DNA of 64,000 bases from Tubulanus polymorphus (taxonomy: Eukaryota > Animalia > Nemertea), in contig NC_134029.1 in the NCBI RefSeq assembly GCF_964204645.1, forward strand, positions 1,860,001 through 1,924,000, given 5' to 3'. The translations under genes were made by a program, and so were the position numbers. This document shows, in pieces, positions 1 to 12,632 of the stretch. The notes beneath the pieces are model-generated. The model made no database searches. It worked only from the letters and a program-made list of their open reading frames with translations, and was not told the origin of the DNA. The stretch's first letter is position 1; each line of letters opens with the position of its first letter.

Positions 1-66
1 AGGGTTAATCACTCGCCCTTTTTATCGACGAACGAAACTCAACATGATTGCATTGGTTGTTTGTAG

Positions 67-282
67 GTACCAGGAATCATTGCAGCGATATGGGGAATTG
101 CCTTTAAAGAAATTAGGGTAAATACTATATTTCCTCGTTTCGAAAATCAATTGTGTATGCTCTAATACTGTATACACATGTTAATCGTCTCATTTCAGGG
201 ACTGCGGAACTTTTTGATACTCGCTTTCGCATTTGCGGTGACAATAGCTGGTGCAATATTGACAGCGTTTTCAAAGAGTTGA
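67..282 (+). CDS. TMEM144: Transmembrane protein 144, last two coding exons (gene begins upstream of the window)
   Basis: Exons 67-117 (VPGIIAAIWGIAFKEIR, ag/gt bounded) and 199-282 (GLRNFLILAFAFAVTIAGAILTAFSKS*). They match the TMEM144 C-terminus pattern (PG.IAA.WG...KEIKG..N.L...AF....GA..TAFSK), recognised from memory. Confidence 0.85.
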
Positions 283-1128
283 TAGAATCTTGGAGTAGTC
301 AGATTACTCACAATAAGATCGACTCAAGTGAATCCTTTCACAAAACAAAAGCCTCTGTGATCAATTAAAAGACATTCGATTTGGTGCTTTAGACAATCTG
401 CGATGTAGGGCGCCAGGCGGCAAGCGTGATTTAAAGGATATGATAATTTCATCGAGAATCAAGAGTTTTTCACGTCGATTTCAATTCAATTTCAACTAGA
501 AACTTACGAATCTATTATTGCTAACGTGACTGTAAACAGCTGAAGATTGAATATAATCTTTAAAACAGAAAAACTATACCTTTTGAGTCCACTTTCTGTC
601 GTCCTTTTTTCACACCGAGGAATCAGCTTACATAGGTTTAAAAACAAATAACGATACGACAAATAAACTACTACAAATAAAACAAACTACTAAAATACTA
701 TACTATGAAAAGAGACAACAGAAAAAAACACGTTTTTAGTAAACAACTGAAATTTAATTCTTTATTAATAAATGTATAGAAAATGATAATTTGAATGAAT
801 CACAGTCACACAAACATTATATCAAATAATCAAGTTATTTTCAGAGATCATTTTAATTACCATAAACCTTTGAAAAGTCAAGGTCGGAGAGCAATCTTCA
901 TTATCAACAACGCGACGTGTGAATACAAGTGTTTTCGCCGAAATCAGCAAAGGTTAAGAATCGTATTATCAAATATCTTAAAGACCTGTATATTAGATAT
1001 GTTATCAATATAGAGGAATTACCTTTATAAAAATACAAGCATTGGAATACAAAATTATCGATGCAATCTAGCATTAGTAACGATGAATAGATTTATAATA
1101 AATGTTTATCATAATATGTGGATATATT

Positions 1129-3524
1129 CTATATGACACAATTCATTAAGAACTGGATCGGCTCGGAGCGTTTTAAAACTCTCGGTACTTTATACTGGTT
1201 CGCTGATGCTTGTGTCGTCTTCAACATGTATGTCCTCAGTTGTAGGAATGTGCCTTGTTTCACTTGATGAACTCTCATCGCAGAAATACTACCTTTATTA
1301 CGGAATGAACAGTAAACATAAGATATCTTCTGAAGTTCATCGTCGATCTGAAATTTGAAATAGCTTTACGTATGATTGGTCTCATTTTACCAGACAGATT
1401 CATGTATCAAGCAGCACTAACCTGATTCTTTTGTTCTTCTGTTAAAATCTTGTTTCCTTCTCCAGATATTTCGATGAATGTCGTATAAAATGGTGCAATT
1501 TCTTCACTTGCGTTACCTTCAAAAGCCAGAAATAATATTCAACGATATCTGACATACAATTCTGTTTTAAAGATTTCTCTGATAGTGGTTTAGAACTTTA
1601 CCTAAAGCAGTATTGACTGCGATACTTTCAGCGCAGCAGTAATCCACTAGTTTGTTATTCCACTTGTCAACAGCTGACGTCAACGCCTTGTAAAACGTCT
1701 CTTCTGATGTTTTCTCAGCGCGAACATTCAACATCTGGCCGCGTCTAAATGAATCATTTAAAGATGCGATGATGATTTGATTAATTTTCAAGCAAGTTTC
1801 CCATAAAGTTATACAATTCACGCTTTTCATAAACTCCTATTATAGTTTTGAACAGAATTTACCTGTACTGAAATTCTACAACTGGGCAACCGTTGTAGAA
1901 ATCGACGATTTTAACGACATCACCAAATCGATATCTACACAAACCGCTAGTGTTTGTAATGACAAGTTCGTAAGTTGCCTTTAATTCAACTTGTTCCATG
2001 AACAGTGTACCGGGCTGTGGTTTATCAGAATCATCTATAGGTATAAACTCAAAGAACATCGCTGACGGTACGAGGAGATACTTAGTAAGCGCCGACTCGG
2101 GCCATATATTCAAACCAACTAATCCTAAAAAAATATACGAGAAAAACTATATGTCGGTAAACTGCATAAAAGGCTTTATATTTGCCGCTGTAAAGCAACT
2201 ATACCTTCGGTTGCAGCATATATCGGAGAATATATCGGAACATCTTTACATGTTTCATCCGTCAACGCTTTACCATACAAATCAAACGCTCCTGTATTTA
2301 CTGCCAGAATGATATTCAAATCGGGCCAAATACGTTTAGCTATTCCATCAAACCCTTTCTCGAATTCGTTCTCCAACTCGGCCGCTCTCTTCGGATCCGT
2401 CGGCAGAACACCATTCAGTTGATTACGAATTTCTGGATCGATCTCCAGTTTAGGATCAACTCTTCCTAATTTGATATCTTCGATTATTTGTCGGTAGTGA
2501 GTTTTTAGCGCGACGAACATCTGGTAGATGAGCGAGACAAAATTACCTTCGATCATCCCGACTTCTCGATCAGCCAACGCAAATAATAAATGAACGTAAA
2601 GAGCCTCGGGTTCGGTGAGAATTTCAAACCCATACTTAGGCGTTGTGTAAAGATTCAACAAATGTTTCGAGTTTGTGGGTGACGATGAGTTGGGGCCGAT
2701 TAACAATCCACCTTCAGATTTTCTCCAACGCGGCGTGTAGAATATTTTCAACGATTTTTGAAGATTTCGACATCCGGGAAATTGTTTCAATAAGGACGAA
2801 TACATCATCGCCACGCCTTCGACGAAGAATAGTTTCCGTTGAGATTTCACCATCGGTAGAACCTTACTCGAGCCCGACGTGCCTGAAGTGACGGATAGTT
2901 GAACCGGATTCTCGGCTGTCAGAACGTTCTCTTCGCCTTTCTCGATGCGATCGATGTAACTTTTATAATGGTCGTATTCGGTCAACGGATGAAGGCGCAC
3001 GTAATCTTCTTTCGAATGCATATTCTTGAAGTCATAATCGCGTCCATAAACCGTGTCTTGATTGAGTTTGATTCGAGACATCAATAACTCATTCTGGACA
3101 GCGATGAAATTTGTCGTTTTCTTATCGAGTTTCGTTCTGATAATGCGACCGAAACACTGACCGGCTCTCAGCATTATGTATTGATCAATGGCGCTTCGTC
3201 CGCTGTGAAATACAGAAATCTTCCGACGCCAAACATCGAACGAAATGATACCGACCAAAAGCCAAAACAACGCAAAAGCACCTGAAAATATACCACAATT
3301 TGAAACCCTAATTGTCACCAAAATCAAAATACAGTCTAGCACTGCTAGATTATCGGGGAAAGGAAGCTTTACCAACCTGACAATCCATGGAAATGATATT
3401 GATCACTGACACAGCAAAATAATACAATGAAGATTGAGACCGAAAATGATCCAATAGTCATTGAAACACTTAATCTTCTATTCCACAAATTGCTGTAAAT
3501 ACTTTCACTCGCCGGGCACGTCAT
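1129..3524 (-). CDS. GHDC: GH3 domain-containing protein (GH3 acyl-acid amido synthetase-like), 6 coding exons
   Basis: Exons 3524-3377, 3281-2205, 2124-1863, 1744-1602, 1516-1422 and 1347-1129 join in frame at GT-AG introns. GH3 motifs TSGTSG, YAATEG, YRFGD, EKTSE and QYKVPR are present, with a hydrophobic N-terminus. Confidence 0.92.
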
Positions 3525-4047
3525 TTTCTTCTACTACGCTTCTTGGTTGAATATATTTTGTTCCTTGTCAGCTCTTAACTCGACGTGTTTAATCGGCCTA
3601 CTGAACTATTCAACTTAGTCTCTGCGTCGCCTTATCTAATAGAAATGCGCGTATTGGCGCTGTCCTGTCATCCGTGTCGCCGATTAACACCGGACCAGAA
3701 TTCAGTCCGATTCCGGATAGTTTTCTCCAAAACTCAATGAATCAAGGATTCGAACATGATTGTCAGAATCCGATGTGTGATAAAATTGCCTCCATCAGAT
3801 TCGAATCCCGCAAATATCAATCACCGGGCCGTTCAAATTAATTATCAGATGCTTGGGCTGAATTAAGTTAATTGGGCTGTTTTTTCTTTTATTGCACTTC
3901 AAGCCAAAGATTTCCGTAAAGAAATATCGTCACGGTTCATTCAAAATTAATTCAATTGATTTTCCCGTCCGGGTTCAGACAGACAGGTCATTTCACGCAC
4001 GTCCAATTAATTAAAACCCCGTAATTAGTGGGTTTGTTCTAATTGAG

Positions 4048-4095
4048 GTTGCTAGTCAACGCGGCAGGTCGAGCCCGGGTGCGCGGGGTATATAA
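4048..4095 (+). promoter_or_regulatory. RFX X-box-like site (GTTGCTAGTCAAC, 4048-4060) and TATA box (TATATAA, 4089-4095) upstream of SPATA18
   Basis: Both motifs lie in a GC-rich patch 65-110 nt upstream of the ATG at 4160. The X-box call rests on similarity to the RFX consensus. Confidence 0.55.
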
Positions 4096-4159
4096 GGCGC
4101 GCACCGGAGCGCACTGTCACCAGTCGGTAGTCAAGAAGCTCTTAACTAGCGCGTCGAAA

Positions 4160-7100
4160 ATGGCGGAATCACTGAGGAGATTAGTAAATATCAGTACATT
4201 TTCCGTCTTACAGGAAAAATTAGAAAAGTGGTTCGACGATTATAAGGTAAGCATTCGATTAACCGTATAATTTTCTAACTTCAACGCTTTAATAGTATGC
4301 AAAATATTCTGAAGATCATTGCAAAAATGTCGAAATTCAACCGGTTGCTATGAAGATTCTTAGGTTTTTCGTTGGGTTAGGTAGTCTGTTCAAATTGTGC
4401 TCAATTCATTCATAATCCTTGCCATACTTAATGCTGTTCGATATTTTATGTTTGTTATATCTGCAAGAAGTGCAATGAAATGGTTATAAGATATGTATTT
4501 TTGAATGTATTTTTTGCCAGCTAGTGCTAATTAGTTTGCTGGTGGTGAGACTGGGAGGGGGTGTGTCAGCCCTCCTCGCTCTTTGGCTCTCTATCTCACC
4601 ACAGCGCAAGCCACATAATCCTGCGAGTTCAGAGTTTTCCAGGGCTTTGATAGGCACGTTTTAATGATATTTTCATGTTTTCTGGCCTTTCTCAAGGCTC
4701 CGATGCCATAACTTCTGACCTGTCACACTGTTCTTTGGGAGGCCTCCAGGCCTATCCTAGAATTGTTTCAAAAGTTTTTAGATTTATAATTACTTGTGAA
4801 TTTGTTATTTCACGAAAGATGCACTGGATTTTTGTGACTTTTTACTTAAAATCATGACTTATCATCAAATATTAATAAATCCTTATTTCTTTCATTATCA
4901 ATAAGATAAAAACCGAATCATGAAAAAGATATTGAAATTTCCTTTAGGCCGTCTGAAAAACTGACATTGTGAAAGTTTGCATTTAGAATTGTTTTTGAAT
5001 CGCTGTCAGTAGTCATAACAACGTTGACAGTATAAGTACGGGATAGGTCTTATTTGTATTATGAGCCACCAATAGTAGAATGAACAGTATTAAGCCTACT
5101 GTAGGCATTGGGGGTTAATTCTTTAATATGACTTTTATTCTTCATGTTTAAACAAAGCAACTTGTTTTTACAGTTCACTTGCTATCAGTGCCATATACTA
5201 GGTCCGGGATTATAAAGCAGTTTAAACATTTATAAACTTGTCGACTTTCCAGTAGCAAATCTTACACGGTTCCTAAATTACCAACTCTCAAGTAGAATGC
5301 TATAATAAAAAATTGAATAACAAAATCTCAGTCGTCCATAGATACTGTCCAAAAAGTCATGTTTCAATTATGTGTTTGCACCTGAAAACATTTGAAAAAA
5401 AACTTTTCCAGCATGTCTGAATGCCCGGGTAAAATTATCTTTTTGTATTTTCATAGTTAAATACGACTGATCAGAATGTAGCTCGTGGTTGTGAGGTTAT
5501 TGAGCTTAACGCTAAAGTTCAAGGCCAGTTATTCCGTATTTTACACCAATGCGCTGCTGAAGGTAAGTTATTGATTATAGAAAGAGCACTGTATAATTTT
5601 TCCCCACATTTTTTATGTCAACTGCTGTCAAAATTTCATACAAATTTCTGAGTTGTACTAGCTAAATGGTTTAGAATCATCAATCACTGGTCTCATCAGT
5701 CCGGGTTCAAGGTTTTGAATCCGGGTGGTGGCGCAGAGTTTCTTGGTCGAAGGTCCTCTAATAATGTCCTGAGTGATGTTCAGTGAGGGATGAACAAACA
5801 AATGTTCATCGTTCCCCAATTTTCTAACTGTATTTAACCGAATCATTCTGATATCATGAATAAAGGTTTTATATATTTGCAATTTGAATTTGAACTTGTT
5901 TTATTACAGGTGGTACGTACGGAGGTGCGAGTATCATTAAATCACGTCTGTTGCCGTGGTTGAGTCAGGGATTGTTGCATACAGGTGGCGTTACCGATGA
6001 TAAACTCATCTCTGACTGCGTCGCGAAGGATAAAGAAATGAACGAAATTCAGGACATGTACGAAACGTCGATTCAACAATTAGAAACTGATCTCAGGGTA
6101 ACTCAAGATGAGGCTAATGTTCTAAAGGCTGAGTAAGTATTGAGTATGAATACGTGAGGGTTTTTGTATATTTCGTTGAAGAAATTTACTCAATATATTT
6201 TTTTTCTTAGATTGGACGATACAAAATGTGAACTGGATCGAGCGAAATCATCTTCTACGAGTGATAAAATGTTCACCGAAGCCGAAATTCGTGAACTTAA
6301 GACGAAGTAAGTTTCCATTTAACCTTCTCTAATACATTTCAGGTATGTTTAGATTATTCAAGATATGCGTTAATGGACATTTGAAGATATTTGCTCTTTG
6401 TAAATTGAAATGTATTAGTATAAACCTGTGAAGTGTTAAATGACACCGGTGAAATGGTCAAGTCTTATATTGCAGGGATTAAGACACACAGTCCATATTT
6501 CTATAACTTACACATTTTGAGGGTATTGCTAGAAATAAATAGTCAAGGTTCAGATTATTACTTCTATGGATATGATCTTATACAGGGGAAGGTTACACTG
6601 TAATGGATCAGGAATGAAAGTTTTATTACATGAACAATTAGAGTAAATTGTGGCTGGGTAATTAGACTGAATTGCTGATCAGTATGGTCTGCGTGAAATT
6701 CATTTCAGACTAGCTGAAAGAGATAATCAAATATCACAGCTGAAATTACGCACTGCTGTGATCTCTGACTATGAACGTTATATAAAAGATTTAAAGAAAG
6801 AAAATGCTTCTTTGTGCGTACGAAACATGTACAGTGCCGGTAAAAGTAGTTACCCGGCTACGGGTATTAACAACAAGTGTACATGTTTGAAACCCGCTGA
6901 AATTGAGCGGTAAGACTCCAACAAAACGACATCATATACGTATACACATATATACTATACTATATATAACTATAATATGTATGTATATCGATGTGAAGGG
7001 TTTGAGTTTCTGGTCACTATCTCCGGCTCCGTCACAAGCAACCAGTAGTTCTAATCAATAGCTACTCGGTCGCTTCTAAACATTTCGCCAAAATACTAGA

Positions 7101-10100
7101 TTCACAGATCTTGCTGAACGCTAGTTTTCTGATCACATGTTGACCTCGAGACTCAGTTTAATTCGCTTATTCTCATCTGATGAAAATAAGGTATAAATCT
7201 GCGGGTGAAATATGAAAAGTTTTCAGTTTTCTCTGATGATTGTATCTTGTTTTCATTCTCTACGCTGAATCAGAGATATCACTATAGTATTGTGTATTGT
7301 GCAATGAATGTTTTAGGCTAGATCTCGCGAACGACGAGAATATTCGCAATCGATCGCGCGTCAACTTACTGGACGATTATGAACGTCAAGTTCGTGTATT
7401 ACGTGAAGAGGTGGCAGTTTTATCGGGCAGACGTTCTGCTCTACGACATATCCCCCCTCCCCCTCCTCCGGCCATTCTAGTTAATGGGTAAGAAGAGCTT
7501 CAACGACTGCCCTGTATGAACGCGATACCTGTCTATAACTCATCCAATGCTGTGGGATTCATAATTTGATTTATGAATGATTAATAGTTTAGGGCAATAA
7601 CACGCACTGGACCCAATTCAATAGTTCATGGTTTAGGCTTAACTTGAAATATGTTCATTTCAATGTTTTAACTCAAATATTAACCAAGAATGTCAAACTG
7701 AGATGAACTGGGTCCTGTAGTCCGAAGCCAAATTTCTTGAATGCTTTAAAGGTTGTCTTTGACATTGAGTTATAGTAAGGTTTCTTTGTACGCAGCAGGA
7801 AAATGCTTTGTTACTGATATTATTAACCCATGTTTTATTGTTGTCTCTCTAACGTGCGTTACTAACCAGGTTAATGGGTGCTATCAGTGAAATACAATGT
7901 CAACAGAGAATCATCGACAATTACAGAAGTGAAATCAGATATCTTAAACATAAAATATCAATCCTACAGGATTCAGATTATTGGTAAGATATCAGGAGCT
8001 CTTACCTTCATCAATCTGGCCTTCATTTCATCTTGATTTAGATCTGATTAAATTATATTTCAATCTGAAAAAGATACCGGCTTCTGTTTTAAGATCTACC
8101 GCTTCATTGTGATTCTACCGGCTGTTTTAGATACTATGAGGAATTAACCTCAATCTTCACTGACTTCAGAATTTGAACAAATGAATAAAGGATTTTTCAT
8201 TCTGTGTGGTACAAAATCATTCCAGTTCTAACTAACTACTTATTAAGTGTATTATTTGGTTATTCTAACCTATCATTAACTTATAACTATTTATTATCAT
8301 TATCAAACTAACTCCTTTTTTAATCTCAATTATTTAGCGCTTGTAGTTTTAGTTATTGAAATTTATTTGCGAAATTGTCATCAAATTCATTGAGAAATTC
8401 AAAGATTCACGATCCAGTTCCACAATTTTAGGGTTTGTCTCAACTGAAACCTCAGGATCTGAAGATCAGTTAGAACAGTGGAACAAACTGGTTCCTGAGT
8501 GTGGAACTGGATCTATCATTGATTCTGTTTGATACAATTATGATATTTTTATGTTAGGTCTGAGGCTCCGTTGGATGAAGTAACTCCACGCGCTCTATCT
8601 CGTGTTGGTTCTCCGTTATCGTCTGAAGACCCGACTCAGCGATACAGACAACAGAATCTCATCTCGAGATTTAACGACATGTATTCGATTAATCGTATCA
8701 ATGCTATGGAAACTCTGAGAACTTACTCTCAAGACCACGAGAATAATCAGAAAATAGTCTTCGCTGCTCTAACGGTAAAACCTATTAGCACTTTACCATG
8801 AATGAATGGAAAATCATTAGACATTGAATTTCTGTAAATATTGAATCAAATTGATCAGAATGAATGGATTGTGAATTAGTATTTGTTTTTAAATCTGGAA
8901 TGTTGTTCATTGAGTTACCAGTACTACGATCGTATGGTATAAGCTGAACACTTATTCCAGAGTGTAATGAAGAGTTTTCCGATAAATTTTCACACATTCA
9001 TTTATTGAAGTGCTCTGTACAGCAGTGGGGTATAACGAAGGAAGGTGCCTGGGTATTTCATTTGTAGTAAATTTTAGTCAAAGAGATATGTATGACTTTA
9101 ACGTTTGCAGCCGGGTTCAATTCATTTAGTTGACATCGACAAAAGACGAACCTACTGATTTTCATTAATTGCTGTATGGTCTATTCAAACATTCACAAGA
9201 CGTGTTATTTGCATGTTCATTGAAATATCTATGAATGACATGCTATCTATAGTTGGTCGAGTGCCAGAAATTCCATGAATTCAAATAACTACGGCAAAGA
9301 TTGTCGTGTCTAATACATAAAGATTTACACATCGAAATCAAATATTTGTACATTTTCATAATCAATTTTATGATTGAGAATACTCTGGTTTGTGTACAAC
9401 ATGAAATTGAATTTCTAAATTCAGTTCCTATTGTCATTAATAGAAATGTTGGTTGAGTTACAACTACCAGTAATTGAGTCAGTTAAGAACATCCTTGAAA
9501 ATGTTTTACTATTTCTGATCAATTCACAGTCCTCTGTGATAATCAACCAAAATGAACAACTGTAATGTAAAAAGTATTGCCTTCCCTCCGATTAAAACTT
9601 GATTTGTTTTCACTTAACGATGAACAAACCTATTTAAATGATTATAACTGTGTTGTTGAATCCAGTTTTTGATTTAGATTATCGCATGTTGTTTTCATAG
9701 GAAGCGTTTAATGCGGCTAAAATGGGATTCCGTCAACACAAGATGAAAGTTCGATCAAGTTTGGCATTGACTCACCTCGGTCCGAGTACGCTGGAAGAAG
9801 CCGTCCAAAGCCACATCAATAGACATCCCGATAGTTACGATTTAGCTGAACTGATATCTGTATGTATCAAATATAATCATCAGCTTTGATTTTAAAGTAT
9901 GAAAAGACAATTATTTTCTCATTGTGATATATGTATATTATATATTTGTTTTTGCAGGCTGTTATCAGAAACTTGAATCATAACCCGCGTATATATCTAC
10001 CGGTTGATGCCTCGTATTCATTGATTCGTCCGTTTATTAGTGAAGCGTGTCAGATCTCGTGGGGAATGTCAGCTCTAGCTCATCCTCTCGACGTTGCCAT

Positions 10101-12632
10101 TACCTCTGAAGCTGAACTATTTGACGACACCAAGTAAGTTTTATCATCGAAAAATTATTATCTGATCATTTTCTAGTACCCTCTTCGAAAAATACCAAAC
10201 TTACAACAATCAACCTTTACAAGCTTTCCCAACTCAATCAACAAATTAGCAAAGCCATAAGCCCTAAATAATGAAACAAATACAACTTCAATATTTTCAG
10301 TGACGGGACCCATATCCTTCTGGTTTTGTACACTGAGCCTCCGGTCCTCACCCGGGTAAACTTTTCAATGTGTGATACACTATTTTTGCAGATATCGTCG
10401 AAGCTATGATTCTGAATTCACGGCTCCTCTCGTTGATCATCACGTCTGGCCCGCTCTCGTACAAGCTGGTCATACTATCGTGAAGGGTGAGGCTGTGACA
10501 AGAAGAGGTGCTTCTCTGGTAGGTTCACTAGACTTCACTCTTTTTCGAAGTGCATGAAATGTTTTATTTTGAGGCTGCATGTATTTATATGTTCTTCAAC
10601 TTCATTCAATGCACAAATTTCAATGAAAGTTTGAACCCTTGTACGTGAATTCTGCAGCGCAGATCTATCATGTTTCAGCGTAGATATTAAGTCGTTAATT
10701 CGGTGTCAATACGAAAGGTAAACAATTAATCGACTGTTTATTTATCTGGCATGCTTTCCTAAATACTAAATCAACACCAAACACACAAAGCTTTTTGTTC
10801 AAGTTTTCATAATTGAGAACATTTTGCTTCTGTATTAATGAAAGCGTGCCAGTTAGTAACACCAGTCATTCTCTATGGCTGCGTGCCATTCAGCTAACAT
10901 CGAGTCCTTTTACACTGAAGCGGCACTTTTTAGTTGGTAACTTCATTTATATTTCTTGTGTGTTTCTTATTTAGATACAGCCGTTTTCACACGTTGTAAA
11001 GTGTATCGACTGCTATCAATTTCTATCAAACTCGACTACACTGAAAAGAGTAGAACTGATCTATAATCACAGGGCTGGTTCTGATGGAATATACTCTGGT
11101 TTGTTGAATATTCCAGGCATTTTCTGTTCAAAATAATGCACCCTGAAGAGAATTCTAGATTTAGTAGGTTCAATCAAAACCTACCTAGGTTCGGTTTACT
11201 CTTTTACGTTTGTAGAGTTTTTAACTCGCTAGCTATATTGCATACCTATCTATCATTTAGTATTTCCTTCCATCTCTAACAGCATACATCCAGAAGTAGA
11301 AGCAAGAGTCCTGTGCGATCATTGAGTCCATCCCGGGCTGCCGCGACCCTGGCTAGAGTACGTGCCCGTAGTCGCTCCCCGAGCCCTAGACGGGCCGTGA
11401 GCCCTATCAATCTCAGTACAAACGGTGGAAGGAGCACCCCTACAGGTAAACATTGAAAAAAAAAAAACATATAATAATTTCAGTCAAAACTCATTAGATT
11501 CAAATCATTTGATAAATTCATATTGATGTACGCAATTCACTGTGCAGCAGGAAGTAGTTCTATTTCTAGTAGTAAGTGTTTAATTCACCTCCTTTTTAAA
11601 CGGCTCCATCTTCAATGGCTCCTTCTTCAATGGCTCCCTCATCAATGGCTCCCTCATCAATGGCTCCTTTATCAATGGCTCCCTCTTCAACGGCTCCCTC
11701 TTCCACCTCATCAATGGCTCCCTCTTCAGCTCCTTGATGCGTCAACTACTATTCATCTTTGTAATCATCGCTTCTAATTATTTCCCTCAATCTTTCCCTT
11801 TAGTAGAATTTCAGAACTAATTTCAAAGTTTATCATCGTTTGAAAAACATAAAAATGTATGATGTTGTAGGTTCCCATCTTCATCCATCCTCAGCAGCAG
11901 CAGTTCGTAGTGGTACAGCACGTACCAGTTCACGAGCTGCTCCTAGTACTGTACCACCTTCGAGCTTACGAAGTACCGCCCTTCCATCCTCATTGTTCTC
12001 AGATGATGAAGGTATCAATCTTATCGATCCCGCTTTTATCATTTAGCGTCACCCCAACAATATTTTACATCCTTATCTAAGCTCGCTGCGTGACAACTTT
12101 ACATATTCAGCATTGATTTCTAATTTTGAATGTAGGTTAATGATTAGTTTAAGACTATGCTACTCAACCAGTTCATCCTCAAGGTTCATCATCACATTTC
12201 AGAAATTAATCGCTGCCCTCCTCACTAACAGTAATATAAGCTAGGTTATAGCACTAACTCGTAAAGAGAAGCTTTCTTAATGCATTCATATTTTGATGAT
12301 GATTTTATATTACAAACGCATGGTATCATTTATTCCTAAAACTCTGGACCAGGTTCCATAGTTATAAGTTAGAATTCACTTTACGTTTAAATTAGTTCCT
12401 TTCCACTGTTTTCACTCTAGATACAAGTCTGTTAACTGAGAATCATGGAACTGACTCCAGTATTATGCATGAAATCTCTTTTATCATGTTGTACACATGG
12501 ATGTTTTTGCATGTTTTGAAAATTAAGTCATGAATTAATAAAAGACTCTTGTCACCAATGATAACTAATTATTTATGTTGCGGTTGTGTTTCAGGTGCCC
12601 GATCAACTCGCAGTAGTTTACGTACATTCTAA
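4160..12632 (+). CDS. SPATA18: Mitochondria-eating protein (Mieap/SPATA18), multi-exon, with candidate alternative internal and terminal exons
   Basis: Exons 4160-4246 ([18 protein letters not shown]), 5457-5562 ([14 protein letters not shown]), 5910-6132 (IKSRLLPWL), 6211-6306, tandem exons 6709-6909/7317-7487/7870-7983, 8558-8774, 9701-9859, 9958-10133, 10392-10518 ([28 protein letters not shown]), 11283-11445 (RSRSKSP-rich) and terminal exons 11871-12046 and/or 12595-12632. The N- and C-terminal motifs match SPATA18. Confidence 0.92.
7606..7718. mobile_element. Short palindromic MITE-like element (CCAGTTC-terminal family)
   Basis: Terminal inverted repeats ACTGGACCCAATTCA ... TGAACTGGGTCCTGT. 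Related copies at 8411-8513, 12344-12460, and partial ones near 20875-20949, 21282-21356 and 22518. Confidence 0.55.
8411..8513. mobile_element. Short palindromic MITE-like element (same family as 7606-7718)
   Basis: Perfect 14-bp terminal inverted repeat GATCCAGTTCCACA ... TGTGGAACTGGATC. Confidence 0.6.
11600..11728 (+). repeat. 15-bp minisatellite, consensus ATGGCTCCCTC(A/T)TCA, about 7-8 degenerate units
   Basis: Directly visible tandem units; they translate as [10 protein letters not shown] repeats. Confidence 0.85.
12344..12460. mobile_element. Short palindromic MITE-like element (same family as 7606-7718)
   Basis: Imperfect terminal inverted repeats CTGGACCAGGTTCCAT ... ATGGAACTGACTCCAG. 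Confidence 0.5.

Noticed and set aside
11600-11728. Short regular repeats considered as a CRISPR-like array
   Set aside because: Head-to-tail minisatellite with no spacers, in eukaryotic DNA with no cas genes.
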